A stretch of 64,000 nucleotides of DNA, taken from assembly GCA_977017645.1 (NCBI GenBank), contig OZ360242.1:16368001-16432000 (forward strand). The letters run 5' to 3'. Shown here in pieces: positions 11,276 through 24,137 of this stretch (its first letter is position 1; each line of letters opens with the position of its first letter). This DNA comes from Torpedo marmorata. Lineage: Eukaryota. The translations under genes were made by a program, and so were the position numbers. Under the pieces are notes generated by a model. That model was not told where the DNA came from and ran no database searches. It was given only the letters and a program-made list of their open reading frames with translations.

Positions 11276-12254
11276 TACTAATTACCACAATATTGTAGCT
11301 AAAACACCAGAAAATTTGACAAAAGCAGCGACTACAAAAACACCAGCAGCAATGAAAACAACAGCGCGTGCTTGTAGCACGTGCAGACGAAACCACGTGA
11401 TTCGAAGCGTCATTGTAATTGGGTAATAATGACAGTTCTGACTGGAGCACATTAGAAGGTTCAAAAAGTAAATTAGCATAAAGTTTTAGCCTTGTAGGTA
11501 TATTGATACATGTAAGCTGGGCTTACGAAAAAAAAATTTGTTGTTACAACTAACTACAGGGATATTTTTATAAAAAATAATAAATTTCTGCTGAAACACT
11601 GTACAAAAATTTTATAGACAGTAATTTTGGTGTCACCCCCTGATGGTGTCGCCCGGTGCGGTCTGCACCCCCCGCACCCCCCGAGTGACGCCAGTGATTT
11701 CTCACAGTGCAAATTGAGTTCCATTCCCTTTCTCACAGTGCAATTTCAGTTCCCTCCCCTATCTTTGTCCCCTATTACTATCTCCCCAACATCATTTTCC
11801 AGCGATCTAATGACCACCCTGGCCTCTCTTTTGCTCTTTATATATCTGAAAGAAAAAAAATTCAAATCGTCTTTTATGTTACATGGATGAGAGAGGTATG
11901 GAGGGCTATGGACTGGTTGCAGCTCAGTGGGACTAGGCAAAAAAAAATGGTTCTGCACAGACTAGAAGGGCCGAAGGGGCCTGTTTCTGTGCTGTAATGT
12001 TCTATGGTTCTATGTTACTAGCTAGCTTACCTTCGTAGTTCATCTATTCCCTTTTTATCACTTTTTTAGTTACCTACTGTTGGCTTTTCAAAGCATCCAT
12101 ATCCTCTGGCTTCTCACTAATTTTGCAATATTGTACGCTCTCTCTTCTGCTTTTATGGTGTCTTTGAATTCCCATGTCAGCCACAGTTGCCTCATCTTCC
12201 CTTCACAACACTACTTCATCCTTGAGATGCATTTGTCCTGTGCCTTCTGTGACC

Positions 12255-15200
12255 ACTAAGCCAGTCATTGATAAGTCAGAGAAAGACTCTGATATTTATC
12301 CGGCATGTGCCATAACCAGGGCCATGTCTAAGAAAAATGTCACTGTAGAGAAGGCAGTGGAAAATAACTTGCTGAAAGAAAAAGTAAGTGATAATCAAGA
12401 AAACCTGGAAAAGGTTGAGCAATCTCCTATGTTACACCCATCCACTGACAAGACACCTAAAGGCACAGATTTGTCACTATCCCGACAGGAGTTAATAGCA
12501 AGGCAAAAGGACGATCCTGATCTTGCTGAGGTGAGGGATAAGGTTCTCTCTGAAGAGGAGATTAAAAAGGTGCCAGTAGGTTATTATGAAAAAGATGGGG
12601 TGTTGATGAGAAAGTGGAGACCATGTGATGTTCCTGCCAATGAAGAATGGGCAGTAGTGCAGCAGGTTGTGATCCCTAAAGTATATAGGGATGCAATAAT
12701 AACTTTGGCTCATAGTACACCCTTAGGTGGTCATCTTGGGGTGAAGAAAACTATAAGGAAGATAACGAAACAATTTTATTGGCCCAGTTTGAGAAGGGAG
12801 GTTGTAAGGTTTTGCCGGGCCTGTCACACTTGTCAGGTGGTGGGTAAACCTAATCAGGATTCCCTGGTGGCACCCTTGCAACCTATCCCTGCTTTCAGTG
12901 AGCCTTTCTCGAGAGTAATTGTGGATTGTGTTGGCCCATTGCCCAAAACCAAAGCGGGGAATGAGTATTTGTTAACAATTATGTGTGCAGCCACCAGATT
13001 TCCAGAGGCCATTCCTCTGAGAAACATTAAAGCAAAGTCAATTGTAAAGGCTATGGTAAAGTTTTTCACCTTGGTAGGTTTGCCAAGGGAAATTCAATCA
13101 GATCAGGGCAGTAATTTCATGTCAGGCGTTTTCCAACAAGTGGTTGATGGACTAGGAGTTAAACAGATTGTATCCTCTGCGTTCCATCCAGAAAGTCAAG
13201 GGGCCTTGGAGAGGTTCCATTCGACTTTGAAAAACATGATTAGAACCTATTGTTGTGAAAAGGAAAAGGATTAGGATGAGGGGGTTCATTTGTTGTTATT
13301 TGCAGCGAGGGAGTCTGTCCAAGAATCACTTGGTTTTAGTCCATTTGAGTTAGTTTTCGGACATGAGGTGAGAGATCCTTTAAGATTATTAAAAGAACAG
13401 TGGATTAATCGTGATGTGCATTTAAATCTGTTAGATTATGTTTCCAAATTTAAGGATCGGTTACATAGGGCTTGTGAGATGGCAAAGGAGAATTTAAAGG
13501 CCACTCAACGGAGAATGAAGGTTTGGTATGATCGAAAGGCGAAGATGAGAACTTTTAAACCTGGTGAGAATGTATTAGTTCTGTTTCCCGTCCATTCAAA
13601 TCCTCTTAGGGCTAGATTTTCAGGACCCTATAGAGTTAAGGCAAAAATTAATGAGCTCACCTATGTCATAGAAACACCTAATCGCAGACGAGACACACAG
13701 GTCTGTCATGTGAATATGATTAAGCCATATTTTGAACAGGTGCCACACAAAGAGACTGAACATTTACCAGAGGTACTGGTTATTGACAGGGGTAAGGAGG
13801 AGACAGATAAAACCAGTTTCAGAGAGGGTCATGGGACTGTTACTTCTCGGGGTTATGTAGTAGGACAGGGGAAGTTGGCGCCAGTAGAGGCAAAGGTTGT
13901 GACTATTTCCGAGTTCCCTGTTCCAACTGGTAAAAAAACTCTGAGGAGGTTCCTGGGAATGATTGGCTACTACCGCAAGTTCTGTAAAAACTTTGCTGAT
14001 CTTGCGCTCCCTCTCACAAATTTGCTTAGAAAGAAAGAAAAATTTGTATGGTCAACAAGTTGTCAGGAAGCATTTGTCAAATTGAAAACCATGTTATGCC
14101 ACCAACCTGTGCTTAAGTCACCTAATTTAGAACAGCCGTTTTCTTTAGCAGTGGATGAAGCTGTGGGTGCGGTGCTGTTACAGAAGAAGAACGAAGAGGA
14201 CATTGACCATCCGGTATCCTACTTCTCAAAGAAGTTCAATGATCATCAAAGGAATTATTCAACCATAGAAAAAGAGTTGTTGGCTCTACAACACTTTGAA
14301 GTGTATATCTGTACAGCTCAAAAACCACTCATAGTGTACACTGACCATAACCATAAGAATCGACGGTTGTTGAATTGGAGTCTAATTTTGCAAGAATATA
14401 ATTTGATAATCACACATATAAAAGGGAAAGATAATGTAATTGCTGATTGTCTTTCTAGATGTAAAACTTTATCAATGAAAATAGTTCATATTTTGTATTT
14501 GTGGATGAACATTGTAGATTTTGTTTATATTGTGACACCTCAATTACTTTCCAAAATTTTGTTCTTGCAGACCAAAATTTTCTTTGTGGGTGGGAGGTGT
14601 TATGGACCATGACTGACCATTGGGACTGCGGACGGTCAGCAGGAAGGATGAAGTATTTTGGAGTATACACTGGGGCCAGGTACTGAAAGAGTTAACTTGC
14701 CCAGGACTTGGTGTACCCAGAGAGAGAGAGAGAGCAGAGAGAGACAGACTGTGGAAAAGATACATTGTTGCACTTTTGCAAAAGCAGGTGCAGACCTCTG
14801 CAAAAAGCAGACAGTTGGGAGTTGCAAAGGCTAGAGAACACAGCCAAATCCAGGCTTGTGCATCCCAGAGAAAAGACTGGCAGGATAGCACATGGCCTCC
14901 TGTCTCAGAGAAATTCTGAGGTAAAGCAACTTCTGTGGAGAACAGGCGAGAGATCAGCGAGACTAGCTGTGAGATCCAAGCACACGCCTTAATCAGTGGT
15001 ATACTGATCTGAACTCGCAATCCTTATGAAAACACAAGAAGGGAACGTCATCAGAGAAGAAAAACAAGTATTTGTAAGCATAAACAGTCATTGTCTCTCT
15101 CCAACGTTCATTTAGAAGTACTTCTACCAGACACAGAGCTGAATTTGAAACCTGAACTTAGAGAGTGAATTTTGTGGACTGTATTATTCTTTTTTTTGAC

Positions 15201-15459
15201 TGACTTGTTTTTATGACTGACCTGGGGTTTTTGGGGAAAGTTTTTCCATTTTTACATAAGGGTTGGGCACAGACTGTAATGGTCTGGGCTTTACACACAC
15301 ACACACACACACCTTTTAGATAAGAATAGTGTTTATAGACGTTTATAGTGGGGTTAATTGTTGTGAAATTATATGTTTAATTGTCTTTAATAAATATAAA
15401 TTTCAATTTTACCCCTTTTGCATTGCGTCTTCTGTCGTTGCTGGTTTGATTTTGTAACA
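12255..15459 (+). mobile_element. Gmr1-like Ty3/Gypsy LTR retrotransposon, 5'-truncated and RT-deleted (integrase upstream of RT/RNase H) with 3' LTR
   Basis: Integrase (AHSTPLGGHLG..CRACHTC, VDCVGP, SDQG, ERFH, GPY) precedes the RT tail (GYVVGQG, LRRFLGMIGYYR) and RNase H. PPT GGGTGGGAGG, then an 862-bp LTR TGTTA...TAACA at 14598-15459. Confidence 0.85.
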
Positions 15460-15696
15460 AACTGATTTATAAACGGCCGATTAAGAGACCCACGAGGCTT
15501 ATCGACTCGTCTCATTGTAAAGCTAATTCTAGCCACGAATAGATCAACAAGCACTAGATAAAACAATGAGCTGTATGGCAGGGATCCTCTGTGATTGTGC
15601 AGCTCTTCGCGTGCTTTGTGAAGCAAATTTATTTGTACATATTTGTAAATATAATTGTCGTCAATTTCGTCTATTTTATAAAATAAAATGTTTCTT

Positions 15697-18450
15697 AAAA
15701 TTAATTGAGAAAACAAAACAAAGATATTATGAATTAGGGGAAAGAGCCCATAAGGTTTTGGCATGGCAATTGAAAAAAGAACAAGTTTCTAAAACTAAAA
15801 ATGCTATAAGGAAGAAAAATACTGGAGAAATAACTTATAAACCTCAAGAGATAAATGAATGAATCTTTTAAAGATTATTATCAGAATTTATATAAATCGC
15901 AGATTGATCAAGACGATTCTAAAATTAATAGATTCCTATCCAAAATCACACTACCTAAATTGAACATTCAGAGTAGAGATTCTTTAGATTTGCCTTTTAC
16001 AATGAGGGAAGTTAGTGAAGTTTTTTCTTCGCTGAAGAGTGGTAAATCTCCGGGTGATGACGGGTTTCCATCAGAATTTTATAAAGAATTTAAAGATTTA
16101 TTAATACCTCCATATATGGAAGTACTAGGTTCTCTCTGAAGAGGAGATTAAAAAGGTGCCAGTGGGTTATTATGAAAAAGATGGGGTGTTGATGAGAAAG
16201 TGGAGACCATGTGATGTTCCTGCCAATGAAGAATGGGCAGTAGTGCAGCAGGTTGCGATCCCTAAAGTATATAGGGATGCAATAATAACTTTGGCTTATA
16301 GTACACCCTTAGGTGGTCACCTTGGGGGTGAAGAAAACTATAAGGAAGATAATTAAACAATTTTGTTGGCCCAGTTTAAGAAGGGAGGTTGTAAATTTAA
16401 AGATTTATTGATACCTCCATATATCCTAAGATAGTGGGTATTAAAGTTGGTATGGAAGAACATAAGATTAGTTTGTTTGCAGATGATGTATTGATATATA
16501 TGACAAAATCTATTACATCACTTCAACAACTATCTAACATATTAAGAGAGTATGGTGAAATATCTGGATATAAAATTAATTCTGATAAAAGTGAAATAAT
16601 GGCTTTATCTCAAGGTGATTATACTAGATGTAAAGAAATTACACAATTTAAATGGGCTAAAGAAGGAATTAAATATTTGGGAGTTAAGGTTGATACAAAA
16701 TTGGAAAATTTATATAAATTAAATTATCTACCATTATTTGTGAAAATAAAGAAAGATTTAGAGAATTGGAAAGATTTACCCATAACTTTAATGGGAAGAG
16801 TAAATTGTATTAAAATGAATATTTTTCCAAGAATTCAGTATCTTTTTCAATCAATTCCTTTTGGAATTCCTCAAAAAATTTTTAAAGATTTAAATTTTAT
16901 TATTAGGAAATTTTTATGGAAGGGAAAGTTAGCAAGAGTAAGTATGGAAAAATTAACTTGGAATTATGAGATGGGTGGATTGTAACTTCCTAATTTTCAA
17001 AATTATTATAAAGCATCTCAATTAAAATTTGTTAATGAATTTTTTGATTCAACTAAATCTTCTGCTTGGATTAAAATAGAATTAAATAATATAGGAGAAG
17101 ATTTTAAAGAAGAAATTATTTATAAATGGGATTCTAAATTAATATCAATAAAAAAGAAAAATTCACCAATTATTAAACATTTGTTGGAAATATGGGGTAA
17201 GACGGATAAAGAAATAGGTGGAAAAGGATTGATTTCTTCAAATACGCCATTATATCAAAATGGACTTATACCATTTACTGTTAATAATCAGTTACTTAAA
17301 ATTTGGTTTCAAAAAGGTATTAAGAAGATTAGTGATTGTTTTGAAGCTGGAAAATTTATTACGTTTCAAAGAATGAAAGATAAATTTAATATATTAGATA
17401 ATACATGTTTAGCTTATTATCAAGTTAAAGCTTTTTTGACTGAGAAATTAGGTTATGCTTTGATTTTACCGAGACAAAATGAGTTAGAATTATTAGTTAC
17501 TAATGGAGATGTCAATAAATTCATTTCTCAAATGTATAAATTGTTTCAGAGAAAAATGCCTAAAATAGGATTGCATAAATCAAGATTAAAATGGGAATTA
17601 GATTTAAATGTAAATATAGATGAAAATCATTGGAAAGATTTATGTAAGTTAAGTATGACGAAGATTATCAATGTTAGATATAGACTAGTACAATATAATT
17701 TTTTTCATCAATTATACTTAACACCTAAAAAACTAAAGAAATTTAATCCGACATTATCAGGCTTATGTTTTATATGTAATAGAGAGGAAGGTTATTTTGT
17801 TCATTCTACATGGTTTTGTCCAAAAATTCAAGATTTTTGGCTGAAAGTTAAATTTTTTTTAGATAAAGTATTTAAGATTACATTTCCAATGGATCCTATG
17901 TTATTTTTATTTGGAGATAATAAAAAATTTAGTATTAAGAAGAAATTAAATATGTATCAAGTAGAATTTTTGCGAATTGCTTTAGCTGTTTCAAAAAATG
18001 CATTGCTATTACTTAGAAATCTGATTTAGATTTAGGATTAGAAAGATGGCATGCAGAACTTCGTTCGTGTATACCACTTGAAAAAATTACTTATAATTTA
18101 CGTAATAAATATCATTTTTTTTTGAAAATTTGGAGCCCATATATGAGAGCCGTGGGTTTAAGGATTTGAAGATCTCTGGTTATCGGATCTGCTGGCATAT
18201 TTGACCTCCATAATTTAGAAGGTATTCCCCTTATTCTATTCTTTTCTTTCTTTCTTTTTTCTATTTTACTTTAAATTTTTATTTTTATATTATTTTTTTT
18301 TTTATTAGATTAGTGGGGATGGGGGGGTTGGGGAGGGGAGGGATGGTGGAGGGGTGAAAATGTATCACATGTATTTTGATAATTTTATATCTTATCTCGT
18401 GTATTTTGTGATTTAAAATTTTAAATAAAATAAAAAAAAAATAAAATAAA
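15697..18450 (+). mobile_element. 5'-truncated L1-clade LINE (ORF2 pseudogene) with an internal foreign insert
   Basis: YYELGERAHKVLAWQL, KSPGDDGF, ISLFADD, IKYLGV and C-terminal Cys motif; A-rich tail; TSD up to 19 bp ATAAAATAAAATGTTTCTT (15678-15696, 18451-18469). Confidence 0.88.
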
Positions 18451-19495
18451 ATAAAATAAAATGTTTCTTCAGTTTGGCAAGAACGCGGCTGAATATGTGA
18501 CTATTCTTTCTTAAAAGGCTATTAGATTAATGGCAGACCGCAGTCTGTCTCAAAAAAGGCAATGTCCGGGGTAAAACTGCAAAGCAACTCCAACTGCCCC
18601 ATGCCCATCATCTAACCTCCGACGCCCGACCGCCTCGGCCTTGCTGTCGCTGATTCCTACCTAGCCCCGTCCTTCGCCCCCCCCCACATCTAACTCCCGA
18701 TGCCCGACTGCCGCAGGATCGAGCTGTGTGTCGCTATATCTTTGGCACACTTTTCAATTTAAAAGGGTGGAAAATTTCCTAAAAGTATAACTTTTAAAAT
18801 AATGTGCATATAATGGAATTTTGAGAAATAAAAGAATCTGAAAACAATATAAAAAAGCGAATTAAAAACCAATTTCAAAGAAAAAGTGAAGCCAAGGGGC
18901 AGGCTTCAAATAATTTTTTGCATCTGGTTTTTTTAAATCTAGGCTCCTTGATAATCAGTTTACCCATTGAAAGAGTACAAGATCTTCGGTGTTAAGACTT
19001 GAGTCTTGATAGAGTCTCAGCTCGAAACGTCGACAATTATTTTCTCCCACTGATGCTTGACCCGCTGAGTTCGTCCAGTAAATTGTATTTCGATATAGAT
19101 TACAGCATCTGTAGTCTCCTGTGTGATTTTAGTTCCCTTGCTGTTGGCAAGAGTTACAATACAACTCCGCAAACCGCTAATTGTTTGGCATATGGTTGAA
19201 AAGTGACTTTTACAGGACTCCCTCCAAGCTCTTTGAGCACGTTTCCTTGACTAATTGGGCTGTTACCATTGGAACTTGCACTCACTTGAAATTCACAGGG
19301 GTCCTGTTTCCACCACACTCCCTTGAAATTCAATGGGCCACTGTTTCCAATGCTCGCTATAAACTCTCTTGTTTCACTAGAAAATGTATTATACCAATGT
19401 ATATCATCTTTAAAACATGAATTAAAAGTGTGTTGGTGTGTGACTGAAAAGGGTAATATACTATAATCTGAAGAATTACCATTTCACCATTGTAT

Positions 19496-20175
19496 TGTGA
19501 AGGGTCGTGACAGCACTACCCATCACTGTCAATCAAGGTTTGGCCCCGCCCCACCCATTAGTGCACACCTTGCCGTTGGCCAATTTAAATTCCTTTGTAC
19601 TTGGCCTTGGGCCATTGGCCTTTGTAATTGGCTTAACCTTGATGGCACCGAGCCATTGGCCCCCTGTAAATGACCTGGGCTGGACCCCCCCCAGCCCTCC
19701 AGACTATAAAGGGCGCCACGTGTGCTCGAATCGCCCTCTTTGCCATTGGGACCACCCTGCTTCACTCCAGGCCTAGAACCGTGGAACGGCACTGGAGAAA
19801 CTGTTGGTAAGATGTGCACTGTTGAGAGCATTTAATTAGTGACCCCAGTAGTAGCATAGTGCCGTGTGCCTGTACTGAGTCAAGGGGTGGCATGGCGGGT
19901 ATCGTATTGGTTTTCCTTGATTGTTGTATGTACCCAGTTCGTTGTGTGTGTGTGTGTATTTCATCCCAGCTGCGATTTTCCAACAATCGCTATAAATTGT
20001 ACGCGTGTTTTTTATTGCCGGTGTGACTTTCCCACGCTCGCTATAAACTGTGCACATGTGTTTTGCCGCTACGGTTTCCCATGCTCGCTATAAACTGTGT
20101 GCGTGTGTGTGTGTGTGTGTTATCCCCGTTACTATTTTCCCATGCCCGTCTTTTGTAAATGAAATCATTTACTAC
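19496..20175 (+). promoter_or_regulatory. LTR-like repeat with Pol II promoter architecture and internal ~48-bp tandem repeats
   Basis: GC box at about 19543, four CCAAT/ATTGG boxes at 19578-19660, TATAAA at 19705, GGTAAG donor at about 19806, three CGCTATAAA units at 19989-20145. No TSD confirmed. Confidence 0.4.
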
Positions 20176-20744
20176 AAAACTATTAAACTTAAATGTATTT
20201 GTATTTGAATCTGAATATTTTTTGGAATTTTGTGGCTTATGGGTGTGAATGCTGAGACTGTTTGAAATGTCAGTTGCTATTTTGACGGAGCTAAGTCCAT
20301 TTGTTCTAAGGGGTTAATACTGCCACTAAAGTTGAGAAAGGAATTGCAGAAGAGCACCTTGACTGCAATCAATGCTGTCTGGCATAATTTAAATACATAA
20401 TTTCAGAATATACTGCATGCATGGCCCACTGAGTTCCTCCAGCAATTTGTTTTTGCTCCATGATTTACAGACTTTTCTCCGGTGAAAAAAAGTCAAACTT
20501 GAAATGCAAATCTTCATGCTGGTACAGGTCTGATATAGATCAGTACTTGGGGTTGATGGAATATCATCAAAGGCATTAAATACACGTGAATTGTTGAATG
20601 TGAAAGAAGATTCAAACTGGTTCGTAAACACATGATGCTTTTTGTATTTCAGCAGATCAGTAAAAGATCAAACCTACTGAAAATATTTAAAAATGAGATT
20701 CTAATAAATTACAATGCAACGTGTGAAATTTACAAGGATATGTC

Positions 20745-20850
20745 GGGCAGCATGGTTGGCATAGCGGTTAGTGCCAGCGATCGGGACCTGGGTTCGAATC
20801 CTGCGCTGTCTGTAAGGAGTTGGACTTTCTCCCCGTCTAAATTAAATTAA
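20745..20850 (+). mobile_element. Truncated tRNA-derived V-SINE
   Basis: B-box GGTTCGAATCC and start of the V-domain, as in the other copies. Confidence 0.6.
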
Positions 20851-21000
20851 ATACACAGGGAGTAGTGGCAAGGATTTTGGAGTGTACTTCACCAAATAAA
20901 GCGTGTTTATTCATATAATGATGTTCGGAGTTCAATAACCTGGACTGGGAAGGGGTGTCGGCTGTGAATTATGCTTCTAACAACCGAGAAAAGAACCGCT

Positions 21001-24000
21001 TGTGGCAGCTCACCCACGTGGTAGGCGAACTGGCTCCAGCAGTCGCGGGCAAGTCCGCAGCCAGCGGCATTCACGGGGACTCTCAGTGCGGGGCAAAGCC
21101 GCGGCCCAGAAGCCGACATCACTTCCGCCCCGCCGGGCGCTAAGGTCGCTGGGTCAGGCGCGGGGTTTTAAGCGCGCGATTTTGAATTAGTAAATCAGTT
21201 GCTCTGAAGCTCTGCTCGACTCAGCGTGTTTCTTTCGCTCACAGTGGCACAGCAGCCACATTGGTGACCCCGACGGTCCAACGGCATTTGGACCCGACAC
21301 GAACGACTCCATCGACATGGACAACACGGACGACTCGATTCTTCAAAACGCAGTTTCGCTTAAACTGCCAACTTTCTGGACCACTCAGCCCCTCGTCTGG
21401 TTTCAACAAGCAGAGGCCCAGTTCCAGGTCAGGAACGTTGTCTCCGATGAGACCAGATACTACTACGTGGTGGCTGCGCTTGACCAGAAAACGGCGGGCC
21501 GAGTAATGGACTTTCTGCAACAGCCCCTGGAGGCCAACAGGTATGCAGCACTCAAGGCCCTGTTGGTCGGCATATTCAGCCTCTCACGCCGTGAACGGGC
21601 CGCGCGGTTGCTGCATATGGACGGCCTAGGCGACCGCGCACCGTCAGCCCTGATGAGTGATATGCTGGCACTAGCAGACTACCATAAGCCGTGTCTACTT
21701 TTCGAACAGATCTTTTTGGAGCAGATGCTGGAGGACATCCGCATCCTACCAGCAAATGAGGATTTCTCCGACCCTCGAAAGGTGGCCGCTCACGCGGATG
21801 TTCTTTGTCGTGCCAAATGAGAAGGCAGAACCAGCATCGTGATTAGTGCTGCGTCACGACCGAAGTCCCAGCCACACCGTACACCAGCAGCAAAACCTGC
21901 AACGCCCACGCCAAGAGACGACACCAGTTCCGAGTCTTGGTGTTTTTACCATCAAAGGTGGGGATCCGGGGCCTGCTGATGCCGACCGCCATGCTTGTTC
22001 CAGGGAAACGAAAGGGCCAGCCGTCGCTGATGGCTATGGCGGCTGGCCACCATGATAGCCTCCTGTACATCTGGGACAGACACTCCGGGCACAGATTCCT
22101 GGTGGACACGGGAGCGGAAATCAGTGTCTTTCCCCCCTCGAGCCACGATACCAGAACCAGAGGGGCCAGACCGGAGCTCACGGCGGCCAACGGCAGCACC
22201 ATCCGCACCTACGGCACGCAGACTACCCCCTTTCAATTCGGTTCCAGCCGATTCACATGGACGTTTACGCTGGCCACGGTGTCACAGCCATTGCTGGGTG
22301 CAGACTTCCTCCGCGCGCACTGTTTGCTCGTGGATCTGAAGGGACGACGGCTGGTCGACGCAAAGACATTCCAAACTTTCCCCCTCAGTGAGGCCAAATT
22401 GCCGGCTCCGCACCTAGATTCCGTCACTTGTTCGGACAACGTGTTTGCCAGGGTGTTGTCGGAGTTTCCATCCGTCATCACGCCGCAGTTTTCCACAGCA
22501 GCCCCCAACCACGGCGTGATGCACCACATTCCCACACAGGGACACTCCCTGCACGCCCGGACCCGCAGGCTACCACCAGACAAGCTCCGACTCACGAGGG
22601 AGGAGTTTAACAAGATAGAGGAGATGGGGATCGTGCAGCGTTCTGACAGCCCATGGGCCTCCCCGCTCCATATGGTGCCCAAGTCCGCGGGAGGATGGAG
22701 GCCGTGTGGTGACTACAGGAGGCTGAATGATGCAACCATCTCCGATAGATATCCAGTCCCGCACATCCAAGACTTCACGGCCAACCTGCACGGGGCATGC
22801 ATCTTTTAAAAAATTGAAGTCCCAGTCCACCCAGATGATATTCCAAAGACGGCCATCATTACCCCATTCGGCCTGTTCAAATTCCTCAGGGTGCCGTTCG
22901 GCTTAAAAAACCCAGCACAGACCTTCCAGCGCCTCATGGATGCAGTAGGGAGGAACCTGGACTTTCTGTGCATCTACCTAGATGACATCCTGGTAGCCAG
23001 CCACTCCCGCCAGAAACATCTGGCACATCTGCGCCTGCTCTGCTGCCACCTCAGTGACTATGGCCTGTCGATCAACATCGCCAAGTGCCAGTTCGGCCAA
23101 CCCACCATCGACTTCTTGGGACACCAGATCGACCGTCACGGAGCCGTCCCCCTGCCGACGAAAGTGGAAGCCATTCGCCAGGCCCAACACAGTCAAAGGC
23201 GTCGGTTATGTATTTCTATCTTTGCTACATAAAAGACACTGTTTGACCTGCTGAGTTCTCCAGCTTTTGTGTTTTTTACAGTCAAAGGCCTGCAGGAATT
23301 TGTCAGGATGGTTAACTTTTACCACCGGTTCATTCCCTCAGCGGCCCGGATCACGTGCCCCCTTTTCGGCTTGATGTCCGGCAAAGCCAAAGAAGTTGCC
23401 TGGACGGAAGAGGCGATGGAAGCTTTCGACCAGGCCAAGAACGCTCTAGCCAATGCCACGCTCCTGGTCCACCCCTGAGTAGACGTCCCCACGGTCCTCA
23501 CTGTGGACGCCTCCGAAGCGGCAGTCGGCGGCGTGCTTGAACAGTTAATTGAAGGCCAATGGAAACCGCTTGCTTTCTTCAGCCGGTACCTGCGACCCCC
23601 AGAGATCAAGTACAGCGCGTTCGACAGAGAGCTGCTGGCCCTGTACCTGGCCATTCGGCACTTCATGTACTTCCTGGAAGGGATGAAGTTCAGGATCTTC
23701 ACACAGTAGGGAGGAAGAGACGTTTACCATAGACCGTCTCAAACCGGCACACCTGGACATTGAACGACCAGTCGTGGTGCCACCCGCTAGGAAACGAGGC
23801 CAACCACGTAAAACGGACTGTGTACAGGTTACGGTTTCTGCGCCTCCTATCGCCGGTTCTGGGGGGGGGGGGTGTCATGTGGCGGCTCACCCACGCGTCA
23901 GGCGAACTGGCTCCAGCAGTCGCGGGCAAGTCTGCAGCCAGCGGCATTTACGGGGACTCTCAGTGCGAGGCAAAGCCACGGCCCGGAAGCCAACGTCACT

Positions 24001-24137
24001 TCCGCCCCGCCGGGCGCTAAGGTCGCTGGGATAGGCGCGGGGTTTTAAACGCGCGATTTTGAATTAGTATATCAGTTGCTCTGAAGCTCTGCTCAACTCA
24101 GCGTGTTTCTTTTGTTCACAGTGGCACAGCAGCCACA
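21001..24137 (+). mobile_element. CsRn1-like Ty3/Gypsy LTR retrotransposon, degenerate (integrase largely deleted)
   Basis: 260-bp LTRs at 21001-21260 and 23878-24137; TSD CGCT; PBS TGGTGACCCCGACG (tRNA-Trp complement); poly-G PPT; gag AVSLKLPTFW, protease FLVDTGAE, RT YLDD, RNase H DASEAAVG with stops and deletions. Confidence 0.92.

Larger units (their letters stand above)
10410..11696. mobile_element. Non-autonomous hAT-type DNA transposon
   Basis: TIRs CAGTGGCGTCACT and AGTGACGCCAGTG (1 mismatch); 8-bp TSD ATTTCTCA (10402-10409, 11697-11704); subterminal GGTGTCACCC repeats. Confidence 0.85.
3093..12250 (-). mobile_element. Fragmented CR1 LINE (pieces about 3093-3433, 7885-8190, 8305-8680, 9849-10409, 11705-11877, 12016-12250) split by nested insertions
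   Basis: ORF pieces give CR1 RT motifs (PQGSVLGPLLFTLYVNDL, MLGFISRGIEFKSREV, ENFFTQKVVNL). The sequence resumes collinearly after each insertion's TSD. Confidence 0.75.

Noticed and set aside
18595-18720. Two imperfect GC-rich direct repeats (CATCTAAC..CGA.GCCCGAC.GCC)
   Set aside because: Probably an internal piece of a DNA-transposon remnant; no TIR or TSD found.
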